Source: Gammaproteobacteria bacterium (GTDB taxonomy: Bacteria > Pseudomonadota > Gammaproteobacteria > G965277405). From it: DNA of 64,000 bases. The stretch covers positions 1,472,001 to 1,536,000 of the forward strand of contig OZ255726.1 in NCBI GenBank assembly GCA_965277405.1, in the 5' to 3' direction. How positions within the stretch are numbered: the stretch's first letter is position 1; every line of letters starts with the position of its first letter. The notes under the pieces were generated by a model that worked only from the letters and a program-made list of their open reading frames with translations, did not search any database and had not been told where the DNA came from. The position numbers and the translations under genes are program-made. Shown piece after piece: positions 40,394 to 52,841 of the stretch.

Positions 40394-40762
40394 ATGATTC
40401 AATCAGAAACAAAGTTAGAAGTTGCAGATAATAGCGGTGCTCGTAAAGTCCAGTGTATTAAAGTGCTGGGCGGCTCTAAGCGTAGATACGCGTATATTGG
40501 TGATGTTATCCGTGTCAGTATTAAAGAGGCTATTCCTAAAGGTAGGGTAAAGAAAGGTCAAGTGGCATTCGCTGTTGTGGTGCGCACCCGCAAAGGCGTG
40601 CGTAGACAAGATGGATCCTTGATTAAGTTTGATACCAATGCATGTGTGCTGTTGAATGCGCAATATGCGCCTATTGGCACGCGTATTTTTGGTCCCGTAA
40701 CACGTGAGTTAAGAAACGAACGCTTTATGCGTATTGTTTCATTGGCTCCTGAAGTGTTGTAA
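40394..40762 (+). CDS. rplN: 50S protein L14
   Basis: VADNSGA, SLAPEVL. Confidence 0.98.
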   Translation: MIQSETKLEVADNSGARKVQCIKVLGGSKRRYAYIGDVIRVSIKEAIPKGRVKKGQVAFAVVVRTRKGVRRQDGSLIKFDTNACVLLNAQYAPIGTRIFGPVTRELRNERFMRIVSLAPEVL

Positions 40763-40772
40763 TAGGTAAAGT

Positions 40773-41096
40773 ATGAACAAAATTAAAAGAGAAGATGAAG
40801 TCGTCATTCTCGCTGGTAAAGATAAAGGAAAACAAGGCAAAGTCATGCGATTCAAAGGCGATCGTATCTTTGTATCAGGCATAAATATGGTGAAAAAACA
40901 TAGCAAACCGGTACCAGCGTTAAATAAGCCGGGTGGGATTGTCGAGCAGGAATCTTCGTTGCACATCTCTAATGTGGCAATGTATAACCCCACAGCGAAA
41001 AAACACGACAAGGTCGGCTTCTCAATAGAAGAAAAAGACGGTAGGAAAGTTAAATTTCGCATTTTTAAATCAGACGGTAAACGGATAGACTCCTAA
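40773..41096 (+). CDS. rplX: 50S protein L24
   Basis: [14 protein letters not shown]. Confidence 0.96.
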   Translation: MNKIKREDEVVILAGKDKGKQGKVMRFKGDRIFVSGINMVKKHSKPVPALNKPGGIVEQESSLHISNVAMYNPTAKKHDKVGFSIEEKDGRKVKFRIFKSDGKRIDS

Positions 41097-41632
41097 TGTT
41101 GCGCGAAACTTATTACCAGCAATTACGAGTTCAGCTCAAACAACAACTTGAGCTTGATAATATCTTTGCTGTTCCCATGTTGTCTAAGATCACTTTGAAT
41201 ATGGGTGTGGGTGAAGCCCTGCGTGACAAAAAAGTTCTTGAGAATGCTGTCAAAGATATGGAAATGATAGCAGGGCAAAAACCAGTTATTACTAAATCAA
41301 GAATATCTGTTGCCAGTTTTAAATTGCGTGATGGTTGGAATATTGGCTGCAAAGTAACGTTACGGCGCGAGCGCATGTGGGATTTCGTTGATAGACTTGT
41401 GCATATCGCATTGCCGCGTGTGCGCGACTTTCGCGGTTTGAATTTAAAATCATTCGACGGCTTTGGTAATTACAATATGGGGGTGCGTGAGCAAATTATT
41501 TTTCCTGAAATTGACTACGATCGCATCGATAAAATTCGCGGGTTAGATATTGCAATCACCACGACTGCAAACACAGATGAACACGCTCTGGCATTGTTGC
41601 GGGCGCTTAAATTTCCATTTAGGACACAATAA
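41096..41632 (+). CDS. rplE: 50S protein L5
   Basis: [18 protein letters not shown]. Confidence 0.97.
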   Translation: MLRETYYQQLRVQLKQQLELDNIFAVPMLSKITLNMGVGEALRDKKVLENAVKDMEMIAGQKPVITKSRISVASFKLRDGWNIGCKVTLRRERMWDFVDRLVHIALPRVRDFRGLNLKSFDGFGNYNMGVREQIIFPEIDYDRIDKIRGLDIAITTTANTDEHALALLRALKFPFRTQ

Positions 41633-41635
41633 CAA

Positions 41636-41941
41636 ATGGCACGTAAATCAATTATTGCACGAGAAAAACGCAAATATAAAACTGTTGCACGGCTTGGTGG
41701 TAAGAGGGAAATATTGCGAGAAACAATAAAAAGCGTGACTGCAACGGATGAAGAAAAGTGGCAGGCACAGTTGCAATTGCAACGGATGCCGCGTAACTCA
41801 AGTTATGTGCGCTTAACGCGCAGATGCAGTTTAACAGGGCGACAGCGAGGCGTGTATCGCAAGTTTGGTTTGTCTAGAAATATGCTGAGGCTGCATGCCA
41901 TGAATGGTGATGTGCCTGGCTTAACAAAATCAAGTTGGTAG
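41636..41941 (+). CDS. rpsN: 30S protein S14
   Basis: [16 protein letters not shown]. Confidence 0.96.
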   Translation: MARKSIIAREKRKYKTVARLGGKREILRETIKSVTATDEEKWQAQLQLQRMPRNSSYVRLTRRCSLTGRQRGVYRKFGLSRNMLRLHAMNGDVPGLTKSSW

Positions 41942-41951
41942 GAGGAGTGCT

Positions 41952-42347
41952 ATGAGTATGCAAGATCCACTAGCTGATATGTTCACACGTATCCGCAACG
42001 CCCATGCCATGCTTCATCCAAAAGTGAGTATGGCTGGCTCGAAATTAAAAAGTGCTGTTGCCCAAGTGCTGTTGGATGAAGGATATATAAAACATTTTTC
42101 CACAGAAAAAGTCGATGGCAAACCACTGCTTGAAATAGAGTTACAATATATGGATGGACAAAAAGTCATTCAAATGTTGCGGCGAATCAGTAAGCCTAGC
42201 CTGCGAATTTATCGCTCGCATCAACAAATACCTGTGGTAAATAACGGATTAGGTGTAGCGATTGTATCTACTTCACAAGGGGTAATGAGCGACAAGCGCG
42301 CCCGCCAATTGCAGGTAGGTGGCGAAGTTTTAGCAACAGTATTTTAA
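41952..42347 (+). CDS. rpsH: 30S protein S8
   Basis: [16 protein letters not shown]. Confidence 0.97.
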   Translation: MSMQDPLADMFTRIRNAHAMLHPKVSMAGSKLKSAVAQVLLDEGYIKHFSTEKVDGKPLLEIELQYMDGQKVIQMLRRISKPSLRIYRSHQQIPVVNNGLGVAIVSTSQGVMSDKRARQLQVGGEVLATVF

Positions 42348-42360
42348 TTGGTATTATCTG

Positions 42361-42897
42361 ATGTCACGAATTGCAAAAAATCCAGTGCCAATTCCACAAG
42401 GAGTTGAAGTTACTATTAGCGCAACGCAATTACACGCAAAAGGTTTGCTTGGTGAGCGGAGTATGCGAATTGTGACAGGAATTTCTTTGGAGCAAAACGC
42501 CCAGACAATCGTTGTTCATACCCATTCGCAAGCAAAGAAAGTGCGTGCAATGGCAGGAACAACGCGTATGCTTGCTGCAAATTTAGTTATGGGTGTCAGT
42601 CATGGTTTTCAAAAAACACTTGAATTGCGTGGTGTTGGATACAGATGTCAAGTACAAGGTTCCACCATAACGTTGGCCTTAGGGTATTCAAACCCGAGAG
42701 TGTTTACGTTACCAGCTGAAATAACAGCAACAACTTCTAGTCAAACTGTTTTGACAATTAAAGGGAATGACAAGCAGCTTGTTGGTCAAGTTGCTGCTGA
42801 AATCCGCCGGATGAGACCGCCCGAGCCATACAAAGGCAAAGGTGTGCGCTATCTGGGCGAAGTTGTTCGCATCAAAGAAGTTAAAAAGAAAAAATAA
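42361..42897 (+). CDS. rplF: 50S protein L6
   Basis: PEPYKGKGVRY. Confidence 0.97.
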   Translation: MSRIAKNPVPIPQGVEVTISATQLHAKGLLGERSMRIVTGISLEQNAQTIVVHTHSQAKKVRAMAGTTRMLAANLVMGVSHGFQKTLELRGVGYRCQVQGSTITLALGYSNPRVFTLPAEITATTSSQTVLTIKGNDKQLVGQVAAEIRRMRPPEPYKGKGVRYLGEVVRIKEVKKKK

Positions 42898-42917
42898 ATA
42901 GGATATAGAGATTATTC

Positions 42918-43271
42918 ATGGCAGTTACAACGAAAAAACAAAACCGCATCCGCAGAGCGCGTAAAATGCGCGCGAAAGCACGGGAGCTTGGGATTACACG
43001 ACTCGTCGTGTTCAAATCCCAGCGACATTTATACGCGCAAATCATTCAACACGAGAACAAAGGCGATCGTGTGCTTGCCGCAGTCAGTAGTGGGCAGGAA
43101 AAAAACACCAACGCCAATATGACTGTTGCCACAGTGTTAGGAAAAAAAATAGCCAAGCTGGCGCTCGCAAAAGGAGTGGAACGCGTAGCGTTTGACAGAG
43201 GCGGTTTTCGCTATCATGGCAGAATTAAAGCCCTAGCCGACGCAGCTCGTGCACAAGGACTACAACTGTAG
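42918..43271 (+). CDS. rplR: 50S protein L18
   Basis: [11 protein letters not shown]. Confidence 0.96.
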   Translation: MAVTTKKQNRIRRARKMRAKARELGITRLVVFKSQRHLYAQIIQHENKGDRVLAAVSSGQEKNTNANMTVATVLGKKIAKLALAKGVERVAFDRGGFRYHGRIKALADAARAQGLQL

Positions 43272-43279
43272 GAAAAGAT

Positions 43280-43765
43280 ATGGCTGAATCACAATTATAC
43301 GAAAAACTTGTAGCAGTTAACCGCGTTTCCAAAGTGGTAAAAGGCGGTCGTATTTTTTCATTTACTGCGTTAACTGTTGTTGGCGATGGCAACGGACGGG
43401 TCGGCTTTGGTCGCGGTAAAGCCCGCGAAGTGCCTGTTGCTATACAAAAGGCCATGGATGCTGCAAAGCGCAATATGATTCGGGTAAAATTACGTGGTGA
43501 CACCTTGCAATACCCAATTAATGCAAAACATGGTGCTTCAAAAGTTTATATGCAACCAGCTTCAAAGGGTACAGGGATTATTGCTGGTGGCGCGATGCGT
43601 GCGGTGTTAGAACTAGCTGGCGTGCAAAATGTATTGGCAAAAAGCCACGGTTCAACAAATCCTATCAACATTGTCCGTGCTACATTTGATGGGTTGAAGA
43701 ATATGCAATCAGCTAAAGATGTCGCATTTCGCCGTGGTAAACGCATTGACGAAATAGTTTCATAG
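43280..43765 (+). CDS. rpsE: 30S protein S5
   Basis: [18 protein letters not shown]. Confidence 0.97.
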   Translation: MAESQLYEKLVAVNRVSKVVKGGRIFSFTALTVVGDGNGRVGFGRGKAREVPVAIQKAMDAAKRNMIRVKLRGDTLQYPINAKHGASKVYMQPASKGTGIIAGGAMRAVLELAGVQNVLAKSHGSTNPINIVRATFDGLKNMQSAKDVAFRRGKRIDEIVS

Positions 43766-43790
43766 GCTATTGCTACAGAATGGAATAAAC

Positions 43791-43973
43791 ATGACAAAGA
43801 AAACGCTGCGGGTGCAGATGATTAAATCTAAGATCGGTCGCAAACCAAGACATATTCAAACATTGACAGGTCTTGGCTTACGAAAAATCAATCAAATCGT
43901 CGAACTCGAAGATACGCCAGCAGTACGTGGCATGGTGAATAAAGTTTCATACATGGTGCAAGTCGTTCAATAA
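43791..43973 (+). CDS. rpmD: 50S protein L30
   Basis: [15 protein letters not shown]. Confidence 0.95.
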   Translation: MTKKTLRVQMIKSKIGRKPRHIQTLTGLGLRKINQIVELEDTPAVRGMVNKVSYMVQVVQ

Positions 43974-43986
43974 TTGAAATAGAGAT

Positions 43987-44538
43987 ATGGAAAATAGCGT
44001 GAGCACATCAGAAAACACACTTGCAAGTACTGCAGCATCTCAGGGATCACTGCGCTTGAACACCATTGCCTATTCTGCAGGAAGTGGCAAGAAAGCCAAG
44101 CGTGTAGGTCGTGGTATTGGCAGTGGATTTGGAAAAACCTGCGGACGTGGGCATAAAGGTCAAAAGTCGCGTTCAGGGGGGAAAGTCGCGCGTGGCTTTG
44201 AGGGTGGGCAAATGCCTTTGCAACGCCGCCTACCAAAATTTGGTTTCACATCGCGTAAGTCACTGTACGCTACCCAAGTAACACTTGCTGAACTTGATAA
44301 AGTAAAAGACGAGAATGTCTCCCTAGCAACGTTGGTTGCAGCTGGAGTAATAAATCGTAATATTCGCCAAGTGAAAATATTTTTATCAGGCGAAGTGCAA
44401 GGAAAGAAGAGCATTGAATTGGGTGCCATTCGTATTAGTAAAGGCGCACGAACAGCAGTGGAAGCAAAGGGTGGTGTGGTTCATGCCGCACCTGAAAAAG
44501 CTGTATACGCAAAAAAAGTTCTAAATAATGGTAAATAA
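43987..44538 (+). CDS. rplO: 50S protein L15
   Basis: [15 protein letters not shown]. Confidence 0.96.
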   Translation: MENSVSTSENTLASTAASQGSLRLNTIAYSAGSGKKAKRVGRGIGSGFGKTCGRGHKGQKSRSGGKVARGFEGGQMPLQRRLPKFGFTSRKSLYATQVTLAELDKVKDENVSLATLVAAGVINRNIRQVKIFLSGEVQGKKSIELGAIRISKGARTAVEAKGGVVHAAPEKAVYAKKVLNNGK

Positions 44539-45829
44539 CAAAAAAAGTAAATCGTTAAGCGAGCTGTTTAGTCGGTTGCGCTTTGTGTTATTTGCATTGC
44601 TTGCCTATCGTTTTGGTTCACATGTACCTGTTCCTGGGATTGATCCTGAACAACTGCATACTATGTTCCAACAACAACAAGGAACAATTTTAGGATTATT
44701 CAATTTGTTTTCAGGTGGATCACTCGAAAGAATGAGTTTGCTGGCGCTCGGCGTTGTTCCATATATTTCCGCTTCAATTATTATGCAATTGATGACAGCA
44801 GTCGTACCGACACTCGAGCAATTGCGCAAAGAAGGAGAATCTGGACGCAAGAAAATTTCACAATACACGCGGTATGGCGCCATTGGCTTAGCTCTCTTTC
44901 AATCGATGGGCTTAGCTGTTGCTTTAGAAAGTAGCGGAGTAACGTATGTTGTTGGCTTTGCTTTTTTCTTTCCTGCGGTAGTTTCGTTCACGGCAGGCAC
45001 TGCATTTTTGATTTGGCTAGGTGAACAAATTAACGAGCGCGGCATTGGTAATGGTATTTCGCTACTAATTTTCGCTGGTATTGTTTCTTCGTTGCCAAGT
45101 GCCATCGGTCAATCGCTCGAATTGGCACGCCAAGGAGAAATCAACATCATTACGTTACTGACTGTGCTGGTGTGTGGCTTTCTACTGATTGCCTTGATTG
45201 TGTATGTAGAACGTGGCTTGCGCAAGTTAGTGATTAACTATGCTGGGCGTACCAACCAACAAGGTCAATATGCGCAGCAAAGCAGCCATCTACCGTTAAA
45301 AATTAACGTTGCTGGTGTCATCCCGCCAATTTTTGCTTCGAGTATTTTGTTGTTTCCTGCGTCACTTGGTCAATGGTTTGGGCAATCACCAAATATGCAA
45401 TGGTTAGAGACAATTTCATTATCGCTGGCTCCAGGTGAGTTTTTATACGCGATATTATTTGGCCTCGGGGTGATTTTCTTTTGCTTTTTCTATACCGCAG
45501 TGGTGTTCAACCCAAGGGATGTAGCGCAAAACCTGAAGCGCTCAAATGGCTTTATACCAGGCATTCGACCTGGCGATCAAACTGCACATTACATAGACAC
45601 TGTTTTGACCAGACTGACTGTGTTCGGTGCAATATACATAACATTTGTTTCATTATTGCCACAACAGGCATTAGTGCGACTTGGGCTGTTTTTGAATTTT
45701 GGCGGAACGTCAATTTTAATTATGGTTGTTGTAGTAATGGACTTTATCTCACAAGTACAGTCACACTTGGTTTCGCACCAATATGCTGGAATGATGAAAA
45801 AGGCTAATCTCGTCAATTACGGTAGGTAA
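44528..45829 (+). CDS. secY: Preprotein translocase SecY
   Basis: [23 protein letters not shown]. Confidence 0.97.
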   Translation: MVNNKKSKSLSELFSRLRFVLFALLAYRFGSHVPVPGIDPEQLHTMFQQQQGTILGLFNLFSGGSLERMSLLALGVVPYISASIIMQLMTAVVPTLEQLRKEGESGRKKISQYTRYGAIGLALFQSMGLAVALESSGVTYVVGFAFFFPAVVSFTAGTAFLIWLGEQINERGIGNGISLLIFAGIVSSLPSAIGQSLELARQGEINIITLLTVLVCGFLLIALIVYVERGLRKLVINYAGRTNQQGQYAQQSSHLPLKINVAGVIPPIFASSILLFPASLGQWFGQSPNMQWLETISLSLAPGEFLYAILFGLGVIFFCFFYTAVVFNPRDVAQNLKRSNGFIPGIRPGDQTAHYIDTVLTRLTVFGAIYITFVSLLPQQALVRLGLFLNFGGTSILIMVVVVMDFISQVQSHLVSHQYAGMMKKANLVNYGR

Positions 45830-45830
45830 T

Positions 45831-45944
45831 ATGAAAATTAAACCATCGGTCAAGAAAATGTGCCGCAACTGCCGAGTGATTCGCCGTCACGGTCGGGTGC
45901 GGGTGATTTGTACTGACCCAAAACATAAACAAAGGCAGGGCTAA
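45831..45944 (+). CDS. rpmJ: 50S protein L36 (absent from ORF track)
   Basis: Hand translation [37 protein letters not shown]. Confidence 0.96.
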   Translation: MKIKPSVKKMCRNCRVIRRHGRVRVICTDPKHKQRQG

Positions 45945-46300
45945 TGGCACGTATTGCAAACGTCAATATTCCAGACAATAAACATACTGTAATTGCGCTT
46001 ACGCATATTTACGGAATTGGACTACCCACGGCTCAAAAAATTTGTGAGGCACTGCAAATTGATCCGGCGACAAAAATTCGCGAGTTAAATGAACAAATTC
46101 TTGGTAGATTACGTACTGAAGTAGCAACGTATAGCATTGAAGGCGAGTTACGCAGAAATGTTCAATTGAGCATCAAGCGATTGCTAGATCTTGGTTGTTT
46201 TCGCGGTATTCGTCATAGAAAAGGTCTGCCTGTACGCGGTCAAAGGACCAAGACAAATGCTCGTACTCGCAAAGGAAAAAAGCGTTCAGCTAACAAATAA
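45944..46300 (+). CDS. rpsM: 30S protein S13
   Basis: [16 protein letters not shown]. Confidence 0.97.
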   Translation: MARIANVNIPDNKHTVIALTHIYGIGLPTAQKICEALQIDPATKIRELNEQILGRLRTEVATYSIEGELRRNVQLSIKRLLDLGCFRGIRHRKGLPVRGQRTKTNARTRKGKKRSANK

Positions 46301-46326
46301 TTATGTGCTAAAGATTAGGAGTTATC

Positions 46327-46710
46327 ATGGCAATACAAAAAGGGAAAAAGAAAGAAAAACGTAAAGTTGTTGAAGGAATTGCTCACATTCAGGCGTCATT
46401 TAATAATACTATTATCACAATTAGCGATCGTCAAGGCAATGTCATCGCCTGGGCCACTGCTGGCGGTAGCGGCTTTCGTGGCTCAAGGAAAAGCACGCCA
46501 TTTGCCGCACAGGTTGCATCTGAAAAATGCGGAAAAGCCGCGCAAGAGCTTGGTTTGCAAGCTGTTGATGTTCGAGTGAAAGGTCCAGGCCCTGGCCGTG
46601 ATTCTTCTGTTCGCGCATTAAATGCATTGGGGATTAAAATTTTAAGTATCAGTGATGTCACGCCGATTGCACATAACGGCTGTCGTCCACCTAAAAAACG
46701 TAGAGTATAA
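46327..46710 (+). CDS. rpsK: 30S protein S11
   Basis: [16 protein letters not shown]. Confidence 0.97.
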   Translation: MAIQKGKKKEKRKVVEGIAHIQASFNNTIITISDRQGNVIAWATAGGSGFRGSRKSTPFAAQVASEKCGKAAQELGLQAVDVRVKGPGPGRDSSVRALNALGIKILSISDVTPIAHNGCRPPKKRRV

Positions 46711-46711
46711 T

Positions 46712-47332
46712 ATGGCACGATATACAGGACCACGCTGCAAGCAATCACGCCGCGAAGGCGTTGAACTTGATTTACTCAGTGGTGTTCGTTCATTTGAAAG
46801 CAAATGTCATTCTAAATCCACCCCAGGGCAGCACGGTGCACGGCGTGGACGATTATCTGACTACGGACTGCAATTGCGAGAAAAGCAAAAAGTGCGCAGA
46901 ATTTATGGTGTGCTTGAGAAACAATTTCATAATTACTATGTTGAGGCGGTACGCCAACGCGGTACAACTGGTGAAAACTTATTGCAGATGCTAGAGTCAC
47001 GTCTTGATAACGTTGCCTATCGAATGGGCTATGCGGTAACACGGCGTGAAGCACGTCAATTAGTAGGGCATAAATCAATCCAAGTCAACGGTATAACTGT
47101 ATCTATTCCTTCATATCAAGTGCGCTCTGGTGATGTGGTCAGCGTTGTTGAGAAATCAAAAAAACAATTACGCATTCAAGCAGCACGAGAACTTTCTGAC
47201 CAAAAACCTGAAGTAGTGTGGGTTAATGTGGATGGCAGCACTTTATCTGGCATATATACACAAGCGCCAAGTCGCGATATGCTCTCAAGCGAAATTAATG
47301 AAAACTTGATAGTCGAGTTGTACTCGAAATAA
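46712..47332 (+). CDS. rpsD: 30S protein S4
   Basis: [20 protein letters not shown]. Confidence 0.97.
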   Translation: MARYTGPRCKQSRREGVELDLLSGVRSFESKCHSKSTPGQHGARRGRLSDYGLQLREKQKVRRIYGVLEKQFHNYYVEAVRQRGTTGENLLQMLESRLDNVAYRMGYAVTRREARQLVGHKSIQVNGITVSIPSYQVRSGDVVSVVEKSKKQLRIQAARELSDQKPEVVWVNVDGSTLSGIYTQAPSRDMLSSEINENLIVELYSK

Positions 47333-47353
47333 TTATAAATCCGAAGAAAAAAT

Positions 47354-48385
47354 ATGACAACAACGCAAAATTCTATAAACGAATTCTTGATACCTGAAAA
47401 CATTCACATCAACGATGTTACCTCCAGTGAAAGCGGCAAGGCATATCATTCTGAAATCACCTTAGAGCCGTTTGAGCGTGGGTTTGGTCACACCCTTGGC
47501 AATGCCTTGCGCAGAATTTTGATATCTTCGATGCCTGGAGCCGCGATTACTGAAGTTGAAATCGAAGGGGTAAAACACGAATACGATCGAATTGCTGGGG
47601 TTAAAGAAGATGTATTGCAAATACTTCTAAACCTCAAAGAACTTGCCTTGCAAATGAATGAAGGCGACAGCGCAACGATTGAATTGCATGCAAGTGGCTC
47701 TGGAGTTGCTACAGCTGCTGATTTTATTCTGCCACACAATGTCGACATTGCAAATCCTGATCTGGTGATTGCCCACTTAGAAGAAAACGCAAAACTAGAT
47801 TTAATTGCATATGTCAATGTGGGGCGTGGCTACCAAACAATTGAAAGCAGGCATATAGAACAAGAAGAAAACCTATTGGATGATGCTCCTGTAGTCACTC
47901 GCTTACAACTTGATGCAACTTATAGTCCGATCAAACGGGTGGTATACCGCGTTGAAAGCGCACGGGTTGAGCAGCGCACGGATCTTGATAAACTTATTAT
48001 AGAAATTGAGTCCAACGGTACGATTGACTCCGATTATGCAATCCGCCGTGCGGCAACAATATTGCAACAGCAATTAACCAAGTTTGCAGATTTAGAAGCG
48101 AGTGATTTGAATCAACCCAACATGCCAGAAGAGCAAATTGAACCAATTTACTTGAAGCCTGTTGATGATTTAGAACTAACGGTTCGTTCAGCAAACTGTT
48201 TGAAATCCGAGCGTATTTACTACATTGGTGACCTTGTGCAACGGACTGAAAGTCATTTGCTCAAAACACCAAATCTAGGTAAAAAATCTCTCAATGAAAT
48301 AAAAGATGTACTCAACCAATTTGGGCTGCGCTTAGGCATACACATAGAACATTGGCCGCCCCATAACATAGTTAAACGAAATTAG
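47354..48385 (+). CDS. rpoA: RNA polymerase alpha subunit
   Basis: [26 protein letters not shown]. Confidence 0.98.
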   Translation: MTTTQNSINEFLIPENIHINDVTSSESGKAYHSEITLEPFERGFGHTLGNALRRILISSMPGAAITEVEIEGVKHEYDRIAGVKEDVLQILLNLKELALQMNEGDSATIELHASGSGVATAADFILPHNVDIANPDLVIAHLEENAKLDLIAYVNVGRGYQTIESRHIEQEENLLDDAPVVTRLQLDATYSPIKRVVYRVESARVEQRTDLDKLIIEIESNGTIDSDYAIRRAATILQQQLTKFADLEASDLNQPNMPEEQIEPIYLKPVDDLELTVRSANCLKSERIYYIGDLVQRTESHLLKTPNLGKKSLNEIKDVLNQFGLRLGIHIEHWPPHNIVKRN

Positions 48386-48393
48386 GAAACAGC

Positions 48394-48951
48394 ATGCGTC
48401 ACCGTAAAAGCGGGGTAAAACTCAATAGGAATAGTTCACATCGCAAAGCGCTTTTTAGAAATTTGTCGATTGCTTTTATCGAGCATAAAATTATTAAAAC
48501 AACCGTTGTGAAGGCGAAGGAATTGCGCCGCCATATCGAACCATTGATTACGTTGACAAAAATTGACAGCGTGGCAAGTCGACGCAACGCGTATCGGTAT
48601 TTGAATAACAAGACCGCTGTTGGCGTGTTATTTCAAGACTTTTCCCAATATACCGGTTTTCGCAATGGTGGGTATACCCGCGTTGTCAAAGCTGGAGCGC
48701 GGGCTGGAGACAATGCGCCACTTGCGTATATAGAGTGGGTGGACAGACAAGCATTTGCCAATGGTGAGAAAGCACAGCCAATTCCATCTAAAAGCAAGAC
48801 AAAGAAAAAAATTAAACCCGTAATTGAAAAAATTACAGCAGCAGCTAACAACAACGATACTAGCTTGGCAGCAGATCCAGCGCCAGAACGAACAACAGCA
48901 ACGTCTCCTGCACCAACAAACACGGCAACTGCAACAGATGCTGAAAAATAG
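48394..48951 (+). CDS. rplQ: 50S protein L17 with C-terminal extension
   Basis: MRHRK, GGYTR, GDNAP; Lys- then Ala/Thr/Pro-rich tail. Confidence 0.95.
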   Translation: MRHRKSGVKLNRNSSHRKALFRNLSIAFIEHKIIKTTVVKAKELRRHIEPLITLTKIDSVASRRNAYRYLNNKTAVGVLFQDFSQYTGFRNGGYTRVVKAGARAGDNAPLAYIEWVDRQAFANGEKAQPIPSKSKTKKKIKPVIEKITAAANNNDTSLAADPAPERTTATSPAPTNTATATDAEK

Positions 48952-48999
48952 TCACCAACGCAGAGCTTAGCGCCGCTACATCACACAACAAAATGTATT

Positions 49000-50124
49000 G
49001 TGGGAGTACAACGGCGGAAATTATCAGCAACTTCACGTCACTGGGTTTTTAAAGTCGGGAGTGCGATTGTCACCAATGCTGGTGAGTACTTGGCGGAAGA
49101 ATGGCTAGATTCAGTTGTTAACCAGTTAGCCAATATTATCGCCAAAGGCTATAAACCCGTTGTTGTTTCTTCAGGTGCAATTGCACTTGGGCGGATAGCT
49201 TTAGGCATAGACACAGCAACTATCCAAAATTCTCAAGTGTGTGCTGCTGTCGGTCAAATGAGCCTGACACAGGCATATCAAACGCGATTTACTCTATATG
49301 GACTGCGCAGCGGGCAGGTATTATTAACCCATGATGATTTAGCAAATAGACGCCGTTACTTAAACGCGCGCGCAACCATGCAGCATATGTTAAAATTGGG
49401 CGTTATCCCAATTGTCAACGAGAACGACTCGGTCGCAACACAAGAGATCGGCGTTGGTGATAACGACTCACTTGCAGCAAGTATTTGTAACTTGGTTGCA
49501 GCAGACTGCATGGTGTTATTAACGGATCAACAAGGCGTATATGATGCTGATCCGCGTGGCAATCCAAATGCTACATTTATTGAAGAAATACAAGCTGATG
49601 ACCCTTTGCTACAAACCTTAGCCGTTCCCAGCAAAGGCGTGTTGGGTAAAGGCGGAATGGCTACAAAAATTAAGGCAGCAAAATTAGCCGCACGTTCTGG
49701 CACCAGCACCATCATTGCCGATGGCAATGCCAACAATGTTGTAGAGAAATGTGTTGCAGGGGAAAAAATCGGTACGCTTATTCGAGCAACTATTACACCG
49801 AGCAATGCGCGCAGACAATGGCTTGCCAGTCAACTAAAACCAAAAGGCATGCTGCGACTTGATGGCGGCGCTATCCACGCATTGCGATATAATAACGCCA
49901 GCGTCCTTGCAGTTGGTGTTATTGAGTGCGCAGGCGTGTTTGGACGTGGCGATTTAGTTGAATGTGTCAACCCAGCAGGTGTGCCAGTAGCGCGGGGGTT
50001 GATCAATTATTCGCAACAAGAAGTTGCAAAAATTATTGGGAAAAAAAGTTCAGAAATCAGCAATATGCTCGGCTACAGCAATGAACCTGAGCTCATCGAC
50101 AGAACTAATTTTGTAATGGTATGA
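49000..50124 (+). CDS. proB: Glutamate 5-kinase
   Basis: KVGS, NENDS, GDNDSL, GGMATK, PUA domain. Confidence 0.94.
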   Translation: MGVQRRKLSATSRHWVFKVGSAIVTNAGEYLAEEWLDSVVNQLANIIAKGYKPVVVSSGAIALGRIALGIDTATIQNSQVCAAVGQMSLTQAYQTRFTLYGLRSGQVLLTHDDLANRRRYLNARATMQHMLKLGVIPIVNENDSVATQEIGVGDNDSLAASICNLVAADCMVLLTDQQGVYDADPRGNPNATFIEEIQADDPLLQTLAVPSKGVLGKGGMATKIKAAKLAARSGTSTIIADGNANNVVEKCVAGEKIGTLIRATITPSNARRQWLASQLKPKGMLRLDGGAIHALRYNNASVLAVGVIECAGVFGRGDLVECVNPAGVPVARGLINYSQQEVAKIIGKKSSEISNMLGYSNEPELIDRTNFVMV

Positions 50125-50969
50125 TTGCTGCAACAATAGCGAATCCTCGCAGCAATTTCATCGTTGCTGTCGCTCAATTAAACAGCGGTATTGGTGAACA
50201 CGAGAACGCTGCAACGGTGGTAGAGTTGATGCGCCAGGCGAGCGCAGCAGGCGCTGATATTGTAAGTTTTCCTGAATGCTGCAATGCGCTTGATAGACAG
50301 CAGCAAAACACATATACGCTACAAGCTGAAAATTTATTCTTACAACAAGTCTGCTCCCAAGCACGCGATTTAGCAATTTGGGTGCATCTTGGGTCGCTTG
50401 TTTTACAGTGCCCACACAGCAACAAACTCCTGAATCGCAGCATGGTGATTACCGCAACAGGTGAGATTCAGGATGTATATGACAAAATTCACTTGTTTGA
50501 CGTCGTCTTGGGCGGGGACGAGCAATACCGTGAATCTGACGCATATCTGCGCGGCAACCAAACTGTTGTCAGTCAATTGCCGTGGTGCGCGGCAGGGCTA
50601 GCGATTTGCTATGATGTGCGTTTTCCGTATTTATTCCGTAAACTTGTAGCTGACGGAGCGCAGGTTATCTGTATCCCAGCTGCATTCACGTATACAACAG
50701 GAAAAGCCCATTGGGAGATATTATTACGCGCCAGAGCCATTGAAAATAGCGTGTATGTTATAGCCGCAGCTCAAGTTGGCAGGCATCAAGATGGGCGGCA
50801 TACCTGGGGTCATTCGATGGTAATAAACCCATGGGGTGAGGTGGAATGTGACGCAGCTAAGACGGTAAATTCAATCCAGCTGGCGACGATTGATTTGGAA
50901 AAAATCGCATCTTGCCGTCGAGCAATTCCAGCGTGGTCGGTGGATAATAGCGATATTGGCAATATGTAG
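50121..50969 (+). CDS. Carbon-nitrogen hydrolase (Nit1-like)
   Basis: FPE, YDKIHLFD, ICYDVRFP, RARAIEN. Confidence 0.9.
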   Translation: MIAATIANPRSNFIVAVAQLNSGIGEHENAATVVELMRQASAAGADIVSFPECCNALDRQQQNTYTLQAENLFLQQVCSQARDLAIWVHLGSLVLQCPHSNKLLNRSMVITATGEIQDVYDKIHLFDVVLGGDEQYRESDAYLRGNQTVVSQLPWCAAGLAICYDVRFPYLFRKLVADGAQVICIPAAFTYTTGKAHWEILLRARAIENSVYVIAAAQVGRHQDGRHTWGHSMVINPWGEVECDAAKTVNSIQLATIDLEKIASCRRAIPAWSVDNSDIGNM

Positions 50970-50975
50970 CAGTTA

Positions 50976-51779
50976 GTGGCTAAGCAACGAACGCTGGTTT
51001 TCACCCAACCTGTAGCTACAGCAGGCAGATTGCTGCAAGCCCTTTGCGAATATGTCGGCGGGGCACAGCAGCTGCAAGTAAATACAATATTTGCCGCGAT
51101 GTTGCACAATCAACCGCTGCAACAGACGGTGGGTAAATATCATGCTGCGATTGATGCAGTAATTGTAACTAGCCCAGCATCGGCGCAATGGTTTGCAGCG
51201 CAGCTACCTAGTATAGCCGATTGGTATGCAGTGGGTCAGTCAACCGCTGCAACGCTGCAGGCACGAGGGATTGCAGCGCATTGTCCGCAGGAATGGGGTG
51301 GCGACGGGGTGTTGCGGATGTTAAGGCAACATCATGCCGATAAGCTCAATGTTTTACTCGTACAAGGGAGACATGCGCGACCCTTATTGCGGCAACAGTT
51401 GCAAAAACTCGGGCATACGGTGACGGTGTGTGAGGTGTATACAACGCATACATATAGCTATTCAACAGCATTTAAGCACCATGTTGCCGCTGCGTTGACA
51501 GCCGATGACTTGGTGGTGTTTTCGAGCATTATTGCGCTGGAAAACTGGGATAATTGGATGACCCATACCAACTATACATTGGCAGTCACCAGTTCCAGAA
51601 TTGCCAGCATTGCAGCACAGCTTGGCTATACAGCGGTGGTGTTGATAGGCAGCAGCAACCATCAAAATATCTGCAAGGTTGTAGCAGGTTTCCTCTGCGT
51701 TGGCTTGAGTATTATGGAATGTATAGCACCCATAAAATCAAATGATAACGCGTCGACATTAAAGGGTGAAGGGCTATAG
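50976..51779 (+). CDS. hemD: Uroporphyrinogen-III synthase
   Basis: VTSP, AVG.STA, VCEVY; upstream of hemX/hemY-like genes. Confidence 0.75.
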   Translation: MAKQRTLVFTQPVATAGRLLQALCEYVGGAQQLQVNTIFAAMLHNQPLQQTVGKYHAAIDAVIVTSPASAQWFAAQLPSIADWYAVGQSTAATLQARGIAAHCPQEWGGDGVLRMLRQHHADKLNVLLVQGRHARPLLRQQLQKLGHTVTVCEVYTTHTYSYSTAFKHHVAAALTADDLVVFSSIIALENWDNWMTHTNYTLAVTSSRIASIAAQLGYTAVVLIGSSNHQNICKVVAGFLCVGLSIMECIAPIKSNDNASTLKGEGL

Positions 51780-51812
51780 TATCAGCAACACGGATTTACA
51801 CATAAAGAGGTT

Positions 51813-52838
51813 ATGGATAAAAATTTACCAGTAAAGCATTTAGGTCTCCGCGCACCAGTTTCGTTGTCGTATAAAGCACCGTTATTGGTAGTTGTTATAC
51901 TGTTCGCTGCTGTGTGTGCGACAATGGGCTATTGGGGTTTTGCCAACCAACAACTAACAATGAATGCAATCCACTCTTTGCAGCAGCAATCGACATTGCA
52001 AGAGAAGTTTTATACCCAGCAAGTGGCTACATTAACAAATATTATTGAGCATAGAACCGCAGCGTTGCAACCAGAATACATTGCTGCAAAACTACAATTG
52101 CAACAAGAATTAGTAGATGAAATTCAGAAAAAAAATAAAACATTTGCAACTGAGCTAGAACGCATTGCCGCTGTATTGCAACAATCAGCTGATGACACGT
52201 GGTTTGTTACAGCGCAACGGATGATGGTGCATGAATTAGTGTATGTGGCACAGCAACATGCATTGTCGGTAGCAGATAGAAGTTCTGTACGCTCGGTATT
52301 GCAACATGCGCAGGATATTAACAACCAGATACGTGACCAAGCATCGTTAGTGCTTGGCAAGGCAATAACAATTGATATACAGCGGGCGGAGCAGTTAGAA
52401 AAGCAGGATAATAATGAAGCATTCCAGCTGATTCGTGGTTTTAGATCGCAGTTGATGGAATTACATTTTGTTGACCCTATTCGCAGCAAAGCCACAGTAG
52501 CTGCTGGCGGGTTTATGTCACACGTTGAGCAATTGTTAAATAAGTTTTTGGTAGTCAGCAAGGTCAATGTATCACCAGCTGCAAATCAACAGACCTTTGC
52601 GCTCGCCCGCTTATATATTGTCAATGAATTGCAGTTTGCCCAATCAGCATTATACAATAACGATGGAGCGGCATATGCCAATGCAATTGCCAATGCTACT
52701 GATATATTTCAGCAGTATTTATATCGCTATGCCTCTGCAACCATACTCAAGAGTATGGAACGTCTGGCAGCTGTAACCGTCATACAACCGCAGCAGTGGC
52801 GGTTGCAATCAGCACAAACATTGTCAGTAAGCGAGTAA
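51813..52838 (+). CDS. hemX: HemX-like membrane-anchored coiled-coil protein
   Basis: N-terminal TM, coiled coil, AQSAL...Y; synteny. Confidence 0.6.
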   Translation: MDKNLPVKHLGLRAPVSLSYKAPLLVVVILFAAVCATMGYWGFANQQLTMNAIHSLQQQSTLQEKFYTQQVATLTNIIEHRTAALQPEYIAAKLQLQQELVDEIQKKNKTFATELERIAAVLQQSADDTWFVTAQRMMVHELVYVAQQHALSVADRSSVRSVLQHAQDINNQIRDQASLVLGKAITIDIQRAEQLEKQDNNEAFQLIRGFRSQLMELHFVDPIRSKATVAAGGFMSHVEQLLNKFLVVSKVNVSPAANQQTFALARLYIVNELQFAQSALYNNDGAAYANAIANATDIFQQYLYRYASATILKSMERLAAVTVIQPQQWRLQSAQTLSVSE

Positions 52839-52841
52839 GCT

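Noticed and set aside
35536-48923. Antisense and alternate-frame ORFs in the ribosomal cluster
   Set aside because: Shadows of conserved genes with no recognisable motifs
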